Origin: an uncultured Actinomycetes bacterium
GTDB lineage: Bacteria > Actinomycetota > Thermoleophilia > Miltoncostaeales > Miltoncostaeaceae
Assembly: GCA_937862675.1 (NCBI GenBank)
Contig: CALMEC010000065.1
Span: forward strand, 1 to 33,308
DNA length: 33,308 nt
Reading direction: 5' to 3'
Positions within the stretch are counted from its first letter, which is position 1, and each line of letters begins with the position of its first letter. The notes beneath the pieces were generated by a model. It was not told the DNA's origin. It saw only the letters and a list, made by a program, of their open reading frames with translations, and ran no database searches. Below are positions 23,719-32,162 of this stretch, piece by piece. A program made the position numbers and the translations under genes.

Positions 23719-24447
23719 ATGGGTCGTCGGTTCGGTCTCACCCTGGTCGCGTGTTCCCTGATCGTCGTCGTCGCGGTGTTCGGCGGCCGCATCGCCCTGC
23801 GCGTCGCAGCGGCCGGGACGCCCGACGGCAGGAACCTCGCACCGCTCGGGACGGGCGAGCACCGCGTGGCCATCATCTTCGGTGCGGGCCTCTCCCCGGG
23901 CGGCAAGCCGTCGCCGCTCCTTGACGACCGGCTGAAGGCGGGGGAGGACCTCTATCGCCGCGGCATCGTCGACCGGCTCCTCATGACCGGGGACAACTCC
24001 GTCGTCGAGCACAACGAACCCGGCGCGATGCGCCGGGCGTCCATCGCCCGCGGCATCCCGGCGGACGTCATCGCCGTGGACTACGGCGGGAGGCGCACCT
24101 GGGACTCGTGCGCGCGGGCGAAGCAGGTGTTCGGGGTCACCGACGCGGTGGTCGTGTCGAGCGACTTCCACTCCGCGCGCACCGTCGTGGTCTGCGAGGC
24201 GGCGGGCATCAGAGTCCGGGGTGTCGTCGGGGCCTCCACCGGCCGGTTCGGCCTCGGCGAGCGGACGCGGTGGCGCATCCGCGAGCTCGGGGCGTCGTGG
24301 AAGGGCGTCTACGACGCGTGGATCTCGCATCCCGACACGGCGGTGAAGGGCGACCCGATCGACATCTACGACCCGAAGGACCTGGAGGAGTCGCTCGCTC
24401 CGGGCGACCGCGACGCCCCGACGCGGTCGACGACGAGCCTTCCGTGA
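23719..24447 (+). CDS. sanA: SanA/YdcF (DUF218) family membrane protein
   Basis: An N-terminal TM segment is followed by IIFGAGL..., LLMTGDNSVVEHNEPGAMR, VDYGGRRTWDSC and SSDFHSART. It is collinear with E. coli SanA as I recall it. Confidence 0.72.
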   Translation: MGRRFGLTLVACSLIVVVAVFGGRIALRVAAAGTPDGRNLAPLGTGEHRVAIIFGAGLSPGGKPSPLLDDRLKAGEDLYRRGIVDRLLMTGDNSVVEHNEPGAMRRASIARGIPADVIAVDYGGRRTWDSCARAKQVFGVTDAVVVSSDFHSARTVVVCEAAGIRVRGVVGASTGRFGLGERTRWRIRELGASWKGVYDAWISHPDTAVKGDPIDIYDPKDLEESLAPGDRDAPTRSTTSLP

Positions 24448-24578
24448 CCCGTGCCGCCACCCGGGGTGCGGGAGCCCGCCGCCGCCCGATTGGAACATAA
24501 CCGCGGTTTGCGTGCGTCATTGTGGCCGGGGGTGTGTCCACGGGCGAGCTCCGCGGACGGGTGCGGCCGGCGTGTCGC

Positions 24579-25241
24579 TCAGGGACGGAGCTGGAACGGC
24601 GGGTAGCGGTCCGTGACGAGGAGGAACGCGTATGCGGCGACGCGGTTGGACCAGCGGAGGACGCCCTCGACGTAGGTGAACAGGGAACGCGGATAGCGTC
24701 CGGTGAACAGGATCGCGAACCACGCGAGGATCGTGGCGACGATCGCTCCGATGCCGAGGAAGAACAGGACGATGTAGTGCGGGATCGCGAGGAGCCACTT
24801 GACGAGCGGCAGTCCGCGGCTGAGTTCGCGTCCCGCGTCCGGATACGGGACGTCGAGATGGACCGACTGCTCCTCGTCGGTCGACGGATAACGGTCGTCC
24901 ATAAGGGCGAGGTAGACGCTGACGCGATTGCTGAACCGGGTGAGCTGCAGATTCCAGTCGTACCACCAGCGCGGGTACTTCCTGCGGAAGAGCAGCATGA
25001 GCAGAACCGGGAGGACGAGGACACCGATCCCCCCGACGGCGTAGTTCGCGCTCTCGTTCCCCGCATTGAGGGCGAAGCTCCCGCCCTCGAGCGTGGAGAG
25101 GAGGACGGCGATCGGGATGATCAGGATGAGCCGGAACGCGGTGCTCAGCCGGTTGAGCGCGCGGTCCGGATGGTCGACCGAGAAGGTAAGCGGATAGGGG
25201 TCCTCGGTCCCCGGCGGGTGTTCCACTGGTCCGGACGTCAT
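24579..25241 (-). CDS. DUF4389-family membrane protein
   Basis: YPLTFSVDHPDRALNRLSTAFRLILIIP and LLAIPHYIVLFFL...FAILFTGRYP...RYPPF match the two-repeat DUF4389 pattern as I recall it. Confidence 0.65.
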   Translation of the reverse strand: MTSGPVEHPPGTEDPYPLTFSVDHPDRALNRLSTAFRLILIIPIAVLLSTLEGGSFALNAGNESANYAVGGIGVLVLPVLLMLLFRRKYPRWWYDWNLQLTRFSNRVSVYLALMDDRYPSTDEEQSVHLDVPYPDAGRELSRGLPLVKWLLAIPHYIVLFFLGIGAIVATILAWFAILFTGRYPRSLFTYVEGVLRWSNRVAAYAFLLVTDRYPPFQLRP

Positions 25242-25445
25242 GATAACCGCCTCCCTCGGGGACGCCGCCGGTGTGACGGTGGGGTCATGATAGTCGGGCG
25301 GCGGAGGGCGTCAATCGCTCGAGAGACGATCCGCGGCGTGCCGTGCATGACCGGTCACGCCCTCGTCCGTCGAGCCGGCCGGTGGCGGTCGTCGGTCGCG
25401 CCACATGCACAGTGACGTCCACTCCCCACGATTAGCATCCGCACG

Positions 25446-25925
25446 ATGTGGCGCACGCTCCTCTTCGCCGCCCTCGCCGTCGCCGGCGGCATGTGCCTGG
25501 CCCTGCAGTCGTCGGTGAACGCACGGATGCGTGACGTTCTCCGCGGCTCGCCCTGGGGTGCGGCGATGGTTTCGGTGGTGGTCTCGTCGGTCATCCTGGC
25601 CGCCCTCGCCGTGACGGCCGGCCAGGGCCGCCAGGTCGCCCGCGGACTGGGGCACGGGCCGTGGTGGGCCTATCTCGGCGGTGTCCTCGGCGTGGTCTTC
25701 CTGGTGACGAGCCTCGTCGCGGTCACCCACATGGGCGCCACCGTCACCTACATCGCCGTGACCCTTGGCGGCACGGCATCCGCGGCGGTGGCGGACCGGT
25801 TCGGGCTGTTCGGGCTCACGCAGATCCACCTGGGGTGGCAGCGGATCGCCGCGATCGCGCTCATGACCGGTGCCCTGGTGCTCCTCCTGCACGAGACGCT
25901 CTCGCGGAGTACGTCGGGCGGCTGA
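25446..25925 (+). CDS. DMT-superfamily small membrane protein (DUF606/YdcZ-like)
   Basis: 159 aa with 5 predicted TM segments. The N-terminal motif is AGGMCLALQSSVNARM. Confidence 0.6.
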   Translation: MWRTLLFAALAVAGGMCLALQSSVNARMRDVLRGSPWGAAMVSVVVSSVILAALAVTAGQGRQVARGLGHGPWWAYLGGVLGVVFLVTSLVAVTHMGATVTYIAVTLGGTASAAVADRFGLFGLTQIHLGWQRIAAIALMTGALVLLLHETLSRSTSGG

Positions 25926-25939
25926 ACGCGTCGCCGCGG

Positions 25940-25987
25940 GTCCGGTGGTCGCGGAGGCGGCCCACCCGCCTGCCGCGACCACCGGAC
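25940..25987. terminator. Bidirectional hairpin between the convergent DUF606 and satP-like genes
   Basis: Perfect 15-bp stem GTCCGGTGGTCGCGG (25940..25954) / CCGCGACCACCGGAC (25973..25987), with an inner 5-bp GGCGG/CCGCC stem. Confidence 0.6.
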
Positions 25988-26001
25988 CGATCGGACCCGC
26001 C

Positions 26002-26595
26002 TCAGTCCTGGGCGCGTGCCAGGGGCTTCCCCAGGGGAAGGCCCCTCCCGCCCAGTGAGAGCGACGCCACCGCCATGAAGATGTAGACGCCGACCGCGGC
26101 GAACGCGAACACGACGACGCCGGCCGTCTTGTGCATGCCCTCCGAGGTCTTCAGCGTCGCGATGGTCTCGACGACCAGCGCGATGACGACCAGCAGGAGC
26201 AGGAACATGTAGATCGACGGAAGCCGGACGCTCGAGAGCATCAGGAAGAAGATGAGGATCGTCCAGGAGATGAGGAAGAGCGCGACGGTCCGCTTGACGT
26301 CGTCCGCCGGGATCGCGAACCAGTCGTGGGTCAGCCCGAGGACCAGCACCGGGAAGCTCCACCAGAAGCCGAGGAAGATCCCGAAGACCGACGCGACGAA
26401 CGACTCGCCGTTCCGTACGGCCCAGACGGTCGCGATGAGCAGGCCGAGCCCGGTGGCGGCCAGGAGGATGGGAAGCGCCGCCCCGCCGGCCGCGGCGGGG
26501 ACGTAGCGCACCAGCGTCAGCCCGAGCGCGATGGATCCGACGACGAAGATGGGGACACCGAGAAGCTGGGGATCGCCTTTGCCTTCCACCTGCAT
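26002..26595 (-). CDS. GPR1/FUN34/YaaH-family acetate/succinate channel (SatP-like)
   Basis: 197 aa with 6 TM segments. It has an N-terminal GDPQLLGVP motif (NPAPLGL-like signature) and FLGFWWSF. Confidence 0.72.
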   Translation of the reverse strand: MQVEGKGDPQLLGVPIFVVGSIALGLTLVRYVPAAAGGAALPILLAATGLGLLIATVWAVRNGESFVASVFGIFLGFWWSFPVLVLGLTHDWFAIPADDVKRTVALFLISWTILIFFLMLSSVRLPSIYMFLLLLVVIALVVETIATLKTSEGMHKTAGVVVFAFAAVGVYIFMAVASLSLGGRGLPLGKPLARAQD

Positions 26596-26767
26596 GCTCC
26601 CTTCGTGAGATGCCGCCCGCGGCGGCGGTCACGGGCATCCTCACCGGCCGGCACGGGACCGGCTGCGGCGGGTTCTCCCGTCCCGGTGGCCGCGACGGAC
26701 CGGGACGGGCCCGGGACGGCGCCGTTTGCAGGGGGATCACGGCCCATTCGCCCCGAACGCCCAGGGG

Positions 26768-26803
26768 TCGCCCGAAGGGACGACGGATCACCCCTTCGGG
26801 CGA
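26768..26803. promoter_or_regulatory. Tandem copies of the TCACCCNTTCGGGYGA palindrome (satP / response-regulator-1 intergenic region)
   Basis: TCGCCCGAAGGGACGA (26768..26783, degenerate) and TCACCCCTTCGGGCGA (26788..26803) have centres 20 bp apart. Together they can also fold as an 11-bp hairpin, CGCCCGAAGGG/CCCTTCGGGCG. Confidence 0.5.
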
Positions 26804-26949
26804 TGGCGGCGTCGTGCGGATCCGGGTGCGGAGGAGACCGCCGATCCCCGCGACCATGGGGATCGGGCCGGATCCCCGGACGCATCGGAGCACGATGCGG
26901 CGCGCTCGGCGCGCTTGCCCGACGACGGTTCCTGACCCAGGATCGGGCC

Positions 26950-27627
26950 ATGCCGAGCCCACGGACGCCGTCGGACGGGACGACCCGGACCATGCCCACG
27001 GTGCCGGTCCGCGTGGTGGTGGCCGACGACCATCCGGTCGTCCTGTCCGGCGTGCGCCAGCTCTTCGCCGCGACAGCCCGGTTCGCGCTCGTCGGCGTGG
27101 CGGCCACGGGGGCGGAGACCGTCACGATGTGCGGGTCGACGACGCCGGACATCCTGCTCCTCGACCTCCGCCTGCCGGACATGTCGGCCGCCGCCGTGTG
27201 CCGTCGCGTCCACGCCGAGTCCCCGTCGACGGTCATCGCGGTGTGGACGGCGCAGCCGGACGCGATGGCGCTGCGCGGCTGCCTTCGGTGGGGTGCCTCC
27301 GCCTGCCTCGTCAAGGACGTCGCGGAACGCGATCTGCTGGGACTCCTCCTGCGGGTGTCGTCCGGACGGATCGTCATCGATCCGCGCATGGCCGGTGAGC
27401 TCGTCGTCGTCCCCGACGACGGGCTCCTCTCGCTCCGTGAGCGGGAGGAGCCCGTCCTCATGGCCCGCGGTCTCACCACGCCGAAGATCGCCGAGCATCT
27501 GGGGGTCTCCGCCAACACCGTCAAGGCCCATCGCCGGTCCATCCTGGCGAAGCTGGGCGCACGCAACCGGGTGGAGGCGCTCCTCGCGGCGGAGCGCCGC
27601 GGCCTCCTGCCGGACGACGTCGCGTGA
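26950..27627 (+). CDS. NarL/LuxR-family response regulator (orphan, RR1)
   Basis: Receiver domain (VVVADDHPVV, ILLLDLRLPD, CLVKD) plus a LuxR HTH (LSLREREEPVLMARGLTTPKIAEHLGVSANTVKAHRRSILAKLG). The N-terminal part of track ORF 26131..27627 is an antisense shadow of satP. ATG 26950 is preferred, with ATG 26992 as the alternative. Confidence 0.82.
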   Translation: MPSPRTPSDGTTRTMPTVPVRVVVADDHPVVLSGVRQLFAATARFALVGVAATGAETVTMCGSTTPDILLLDLRLPDMSAAAVCRRVHAESPSTVIAVWTAQPDAMALRGCLRWGASACLVKDVAERDLLGLLLRVSSGRIVIDPRMAGELVVVPDDGLLSLREREEPVLMARGLTTPKIAEHLGVSANTVKAHRRSILAKLGARNRVEALLAAERRGLLPDDVA

Positions 27628-27633
27628 GCGGTG

Positions 27634-27894
27634 TCAGCGCGAGGTCGACCACTCCGCGCGGGAGGACGGATGCGCACTCCCGCCGCAGCAGGAGCAGCCG
27701 CCGTGGCCGGAATAGTCGCGGATCGTCGGGGTCCCGTCACCGCGTGCGGGGCGTGAGCTCACGAAGCCGGTCATGAGCTGCTCCGCCCCGCCCCCGCAGG
27801 TGGTGCACACCATGTCGTCGGGGCGCAGGAACCGCTGGCGGAAGATCTCGAACCGGGTGTCACACGCGGTGCAGCGCATGTCGTAGCTGGGCAT
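27634..27894 (-). CDS. FmdB-family zinc-ribbon protein
   Basis: 86 aa. It has YDMRCTACDTRFE...VCTTCGG (CxxC...CxxC) and a C-terminal Gly/Cys tail, GHGGCSCCGGSAH. It starts 24 nt downstream of the ADH1 stop on the same strand. Confidence 0.7.
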   Translation of the reverse strand: MPSYDMRCTACDTRFEIFRQRFLRPDDMVCTTCGGGAEQLMTGFVSSRPARGDGTPTIRDYSGHGGCSCCGGSAHPSSRAEWSTSR

Positions 27895-27918
27895 CTGTCT
27901 CTCCGATGGGGACGGGCG

Positions 27919-28992
27919 TCAGGGTGTGACGGCGATCTTCACCACTCCGTCCTCCTGGTTGGAGAACAGGTGGTAGGCCTCCTCGATGTCGTCGAGGGAG
28001 TAGCGGTGGGTGATGAGCTGCGAGAGGTTCAGCCGGCCGGTCTTCACGAGGTTCATGAGCGACGTCAGGCGCTTCTTGCCGCCCGGGCAGAGGGTGCTCC
28101 GGATGTCGATGTCGCCGATGCCGTAGATGAACGCCTCGAGCGGGATCGAGATCTTGTCGCCGTACACCCCGAGCGACGACACCATCCCCGCGGGGCGCAC
28201 GGCCTTCAGACAGTTCTCGAACGTCTCCTGGATGCCCAGCGCCTCGATCGCCACGTCGGCGCCGCGCCCCTCGGTGAGGGCCTTCACCTTGGCGACGGGG
28301 TCCTCCTGCGTGTAGTCGATGACGACGTCCGCGCCCATCCTCTTCGCGAACTCGAGGCGGCGCTCGTTGGCGTCCACGGCGATCACGAGCCCCGCTCCGC
28401 GGAGCCGTGCCCCGGCCGTCGCGCACAGGCCGATGGGCCCCTGGGCGAAGATGACGACCGAGTCGCCGAACTGGACGCCGGCCGTCTCGACGGCCGCCAG
28501 GCCGGTTGTCGCGATGTCGGTGACGAACAGGACGCTCTCGTCGGAGAGGCCCTCCGGGATCCGGGCCAGGTTGGCCTGGGCGTACGGCACGCGGAAGTAG
28601 TCGGCCTGCACCCCGTCGGCCGAGTTGCCGAGGCGCCAGCCGCCGATGATCCCCCACCGGTCCTCGTAGCCGGCGCACTGCGACGCGTCGCCCGACTGGC
28701 AGAAGTAGCAGGTGCCGCACGGGGTGATGGCGGCGACCACCACGCGATCGCCCGGTTCGTACCCGTAGACGGCCTCCCCCACCTCATGGATGACCCCCAC
28801 GGGCTCATGTCCGACGATCCGGCCCTGGGCGACGGGATACTCACCGCGCCAGATGTGGGAGTCGGTGCCGCAGATGGAGGTGGTGGTCATCCGGACGATC
28901 GCGTCGGTGGGGCCGCAGCGCGGGACCGGTACCTCCTCGATGTGGATGTCGCGGACGTCCTTGTAGACGGCGGCGCGCATCGTGTCGGCCAT
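27919..28992 (-). CDS. Zn-dependent medium-chain alcohol dehydrogenase (ADH1)
   Basis: 357 aa with a GGGAGGG SD. Motifs are ICGTDSHIWRGEYP, GHEPVG, the structural-Zn Cys cluster CGTCYFCQSGDASQC, and the Rossmann motif FAQGPIGL. Confidence 0.88.
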   Translation of the reverse strand: MADTMRAAVYKDVRDIHIEEVPVPRCGPTDAIVRMTTTSICGTDSHIWRGEYPVAQGRIVGHEPVGVIHEVGEAVYGYEPGDRVVVAAITPCGTCYFCQSGDASQCAGYEDRWGIIGGWRLGNSADGVQADYFRVPYAQANLARIPEGLSDESVLFVTDIATTGLAAVETAGVQFGDSVVIFAQGPIGLCATAGARLRGAGLVIAVDANERRLEFAKRMGADVVIDYTQEDPVAKVKALTEGRGADVAIEALGIQETFENCLKAVRPAGMVSSLGVYGDKISIPLEAFIYGIGDIDIRSTLCPGGKKRLTSLMNLVKTGRLNLSQLITHRYSLDDIEEAYHLFSNQEDGVVKIAVTP

Positions 28993-29081
28993 CGCTGTCA
29001 GCCCTCCCGGTCCGGTGCGGCGGTCGGTGTGACCACCGGTCCGTCGCGGACACTATGAGACGCGGGCCCCTGTCGCCACGT

Positions 29082-29105
29082 CGTCTCACCCTTTCGGGTG
29101 AGACG
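29082..29105. promoter_or_regulatory. Palindrome copy B (ADH1 / histidine-kinase divergent region)
   Basis: CGTCTCACCC-TTTC-GGGTGAGACG has 10-bp perfect arms. The core TCACCCTTTCGGGTGA is at 29086..29101. A TAGTGT -10-like hexamer lies on the minus strand at 29055..29050. Confidence 0.55.
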
Positions 29106-29220
29106 CGGTGGTCGCGGACGGGGCCGCGGCGTAGAGTCGGGCGACGTCTCCCGGAGAAGGTGCTGAGCCCTGGCCACGGATGTCTCCACCACAACCGCGC
29201 GGTCCTCCGACCTGAACCTC

Positions 29221-30360
29221 ATGGCGCGCGCCGACGCCGCGGGTCAGCGGCTCTTCCGCGAGCTCGTGATCTCGCGGATCGCCTGGTCGACGGCCGGCGA
29301 GGTGAGCCGGCTCATCGCGGTCGACCTCGTCGCGTTCTCGTTGCGGGTCGCGGGCTGTGACCACGTGCAGCCCTGCGAGCAGCACCACTGCCTCGACCGT
29401 CTGGAGCTCAAGGCCGTCCTCGGCAACCGCGGGTCCCGGCTGCCCGGCCTGCGCATCCCTCCGGGGGAGGGCGTCGGCGGGCAGGTCCTGGAGACCGGCC
29501 GTCCCCATGCGGTCACCGACTACGGCGCCGCCCCGTTCGACCGGGCCCTGGTGGACCTGGTGGCCACCGAGGAGGGCATCGGCGCACTGACGGCCATCCC
29601 GGTGTCGTTCGGGGGCGAGGTCCGCGGTGTGCTGCACGTCGGCCTGCGCGGCGATCGCGTGTTCAGCGAGGCGACCGTCGCCGCGCTCACGCGTCTGGCC
29701 ACCTACGCCGGCGCGGCGCTCTCGGCGGCCCGGGACCGCGCCCGCGTGGAGGAGGTCGCCGCGCTGCGCGAGCGCCGCCGGCTCGCCCGGTCGCTCCATG
29801 ACGACTTCGGCCAGCGACTGTTCGGGCTGGGCATCACCGCCAAGGCCGCCCGCGCCAGCGCCGCGACCGGGGGCGCCGACCTCGTCGCGCACCTCACCTC
29901 GCTCGAGCAGCAGGTCGCCGGTGCGGCCGCGTCCTTCCGCACCACCATCACGACCCTGGCGCGGCCGTCCCGTCCGTCGGGGGTCCTCGCCGTGATGCTC
30001 CGCGAGGACATCGCGTCGTTCACGACGCGCACCGGCGTGGCCGCGCACCTGCTGGTGCTGGGCGACCCGGGCGAGATCGAGGCCGCCCGGGAGGACCTCA
30101 TCTTCCAGGTGCTCCAGGAGGGCCTGCGCAACGTGGAGCGCCACGCGCAGGCGGCCGAGGTCATCGTGACCCTGGCATACGCGGCCGAGCACGTCGAACT
30201 GGTCATTCAGGACGACGGCATCGGCATGGGGCAGTCGGAGCCGTTCGGCGGCATGGGCCTGCGGATGCTGCGGGACGAGGTACGCCGGTACGGCGGCGAG
30301 ATCCGTTTCTCACGCAGTGAGGACACCGGCTCCACGATGCGCACGCAGGTCCCGCTTTGA
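29221..30360 (+). CDS. GAF-domain sensor histidine kinase (HisKA_3/NarX-LiaS type, cytoplasmic)
   Basis: 379 aa with no TM segment. The N-terminal 170 aa or so are GAF-like (GEGVGGQVLETGRP..., IPVSFGGEVRGVLHVG). It has the H-box ARSLHDDFGQRL and the ATPase N/G boxes EGLRNVERHA and DDGIGMG...GMGLRML. Confidence 0.8.
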   Translation: MARADAAGQRLFRELVISRIAWSTAGEVSRLIAVDLVAFSLRVAGCDHVQPCEQHHCLDRLELKAVLGNRGSRLPGLRIPPGEGVGGQVLETGRPHAVTDYGAAPFDRALVDLVATEEGIGALTAIPVSFGGEVRGVLHVGLRGDRVFSEATVAALTRLATYAGAALSAARDRARVEEVAALRERRRLARSLHDDFGQRLFGLGITAKAARASAATGGADLVAHLTSLEQQVAGAAASFRTTITTLARPSRPSGVLAVMLREDIASFTTRTGVAAHLLVLGDPGEIEAAREDLIFQVLQEGLRNVERHAQAAEVIVTLAYAAEHVELVIQDDGIGMGQSEPFGGMGLRMLRDEVRRYGGEIRFSRSEDTGSTMRTQVPL

Positions 30361-30998
30361 CGATGGCCCGGCGTCCGCACTCGGTGGTCGTGGCCGACGA
30401 CCACCCGATCGTCGTCGCCGGCATGCGCCTGGTCTTCGGCGGCAGCCGCTTCTTCGAACTCGTCGGTGAGGCGTCCACCGGCGCCGAGGCGCTGGTCCGG
30501 TGTGAACAGCTGCGTCCGGACATCCTGCTCCTCGACCTCCGGCTGCCCGACCTGCCCGCCGCCACGATCTGCGAACGCGTCAAAGAGCGTCAGCCCGACA
30601 CGAACATCGTGATCCTGACGGCGTACCCGGAGGAGATGGCGGTGCGCAGCTGCCTCAAAACCGGCGCCGCCGCGTGTCTGTTCAAGGACGCCAACGAACA
30701 GAACCTCCTGTCGGCGCTCATGCAGGTCGTCCACGGCCGCGGGGTGATCGACCCGCGCATCGCCGGCGCCGCCCTCCCCCGCCGCGGCGCCGCCGCACCG
30801 GCCGACAGCACCCTCACGGCACGGGAGTCGGACGTGCTCACGCTCATCGCCCGCGGACTCACGACACAGGAGATCGCCGACGAGGCCGGGCTCTCACCCA
30901 ACACTGTGAAGAGTCACATGCGCTCGGTCTTCCGCAAGCTCGACGCCCACAACCGGGTGCAGGCCCTCGCGGTGGCGAAGGAGCGCGACCTCATCTGA
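30357..30998 (+). CDS. NarL/LuxR-family response regulator (RR2, cognate of the GAF kinase)
   Basis: TTG 30357 overlaps the kinase stop, and ATG 30363 is the alternative start. Motifs are VVVADDHPIV, ILLLDLRLPD, CLFKD, and the LuxR HTH LTARESDVLTLIARGLTTQEIADEAGLSPNTVKSHMRSVFRKL. It is a paralog of RR1. Confidence 0.85.
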   Translation: MTMARRPHSVVVADDHPIVVAGMRLVFGGSRFFELVGEASTGAEALVRCEQLRPDILLLDLRLPDLPAATICERVKERQPDTNIVILTAYPEEMAVRSCLKTGAAACLFKDANEQNLLSALMQVVHGRGVIDPRIAGAALPRRGAAAPADSTLTARESDVLTLIARGLTTQEIADEAGLSPNTVKSHMRSVFRKLDAHNRVQALAVAKERDLI

Positions 30999-31017
30999 GC
31001 GCCGGCGTGTGCCGGGG

Positions 31018-31062
31018 CCGTCCGTCCGCGGGCCTGACCGTGCAGCCGGCGCGGACGGACGG
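31018..31062 (+). terminator. Hairpin after RR2
   Basis: Perfect 13-bp stem CCGTCCGTCCGCG (31018..31030) / CGCGGACGGACGG (31050..31062). Confidence 0.5.
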
Positions 31063-31079
31063 CGTGCGCCACCCGGCGA

Positions 31080-31099
31080 TCGTCCCCGCACGGGGGACG
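31080..31099 (-). terminator. Hairpin after ADH2
   Basis: TCGTCCCC-GCAC-GGGGACGA, an 8-bp stem 17 nt past the ADH2 stop. Confidence 0.5.
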
Positions 31100-31115
31100 A
31101 GGTGGAACCACTCAT

Positions 31116-32162
31116 CTAGGCCTGGAGCACGACCTTGAGCGCGTTCCGCTCCGCGGCGTTCGCGAAGGTGTCCCAGGCGCTGTCGATGTCGTCGAGCTTG
31201 AACGTGTGCGTTCCCATCTTCTCGGACGGGATGCGTCCGGAGGCCACCATCTTGAGGAGTGTCGACGTCGAGGTCGCGTCGACGAGGCCCATCGAGACGT
31301 TGAGGTTCTGGACCCAGAGCGCCTCCATCGGGAACGGCACCGGCACCCCGTGGACGCCGACGTTCGCGACCCGGCCCCGCGGCCGCACGATCGACAGCGC
31401 GAGCTCGAGCGTCTCGGGGTAGCCGACGGCCTCGATGGCGACGTCCACGCCGAGTCCGTCGGTCAGGGCGATCACCGCGTCGCGGGCGCCGTCGCCGGCC
31501 GTCACCACGTCCGTCGCCCCGAACTCCTTCGCCTTCTCCATCCGGAAGGCGTTGGTGTCGATGCCGATGATCCGGGAGGCCCCGTAGAGCCCGGCCGTGA
31601 GGATCGCGGCCAGACCGACCGCGCCGGTTCCGACCACCGCGACCACGTCACCCGGCTTCACCCCGCCGGCGATCACCCCGACCTCGAAGCCGGTGGGCAG
31701 CGAGTCGGAGAGGAAGACGGCCTTCTCGTCGGTGACGCCCTCCGGCAGCTTGTGCAGCGAGAAGTCCGCGTGCGGGGTGCGCACGTACTGGGAGAGCGTG
31801 CCGTCGATCCGGTGGCCGAGGATCCAGCCGATGCCCGCGTCGTTCGACTGGCAGTGGTCCGGGTACCCCTGCTGGCAGTAGGAGCAGCGACCGCACTTGG
31901 TGATGCACGAGACGATGACGCGATCGCCCTTCGCGAAGTTCGTGACCCCGGATCCGACCTCCACGACCGTGCCGACGCCCTCATGGCCGAGGATCCGTCC
32001 CGCGTCGACGGACGCGACGTCACCGTGGAGGATGTGCAGGTCGGTGCCGCAGATGGTCGTCGTCTCGATCTGGACGATGGCGTCCGTCGGATCGATGATG
32101 CCGGGATCGTCCATCGTCTCCCAGCTCTTCGAGCCGGGCCCGCCATAGACAAGGGCTTTCAC
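31116..32162 (-). CDS. Zn-dependent medium-chain alcohol dehydrogenase (ADH2)
   Basis: 348 aa. GTG start with a GAAGGAGGGGGA SD. Motifs are ICGTDLHILHGDV, GHEGVG, the Cys cluster CGRCSYCQQGYPDHC, and VGTGAVGL. It is a diverged paralog of ADH1. Confidence 0.88.
   Translation of the reverse strand: MKALVYGGPGSKSWETMDDPGIIDPTDAIVQIETTTICGTDLHILHGDVASVDAGRILGHEGVGTVVEVGSGVTNFAKGDRVIVSCITKCGRCSYCQQGYPDHCQSNDAGIGWILGHRIDGTLSQYVRTPHADFSLHKLPEGVTDEKAVFLSDSLPTGFEVGVIAGGVKPGDVVAVVGTGAVGLAAILTAGLYGASRIIGIDTNAFRMEKAKEFGATDVVTAGDGARDAVIALTDGLGVDVAIEAVGYPETLELALSIVRPRGRVANVGVHGVPVPFPMEALWVQNLNVSMGLVDATSTSTLLKMVASGRIPSEKMGTHTFKLDDIDSAWDTFANAAERNALKVVLQA

Noticed and set aside
25748-26962. 404-aa minus-strand ORF spanning satP and its upstream region, and the N-terminal 270 aa of plus ORF 26131..27627
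   Set aside because: These are Arg/Pro/Gly-rich alternative-frame or antisense readings. The satP frame has six clean TM segments, and the response regulator begins only at about 26950.
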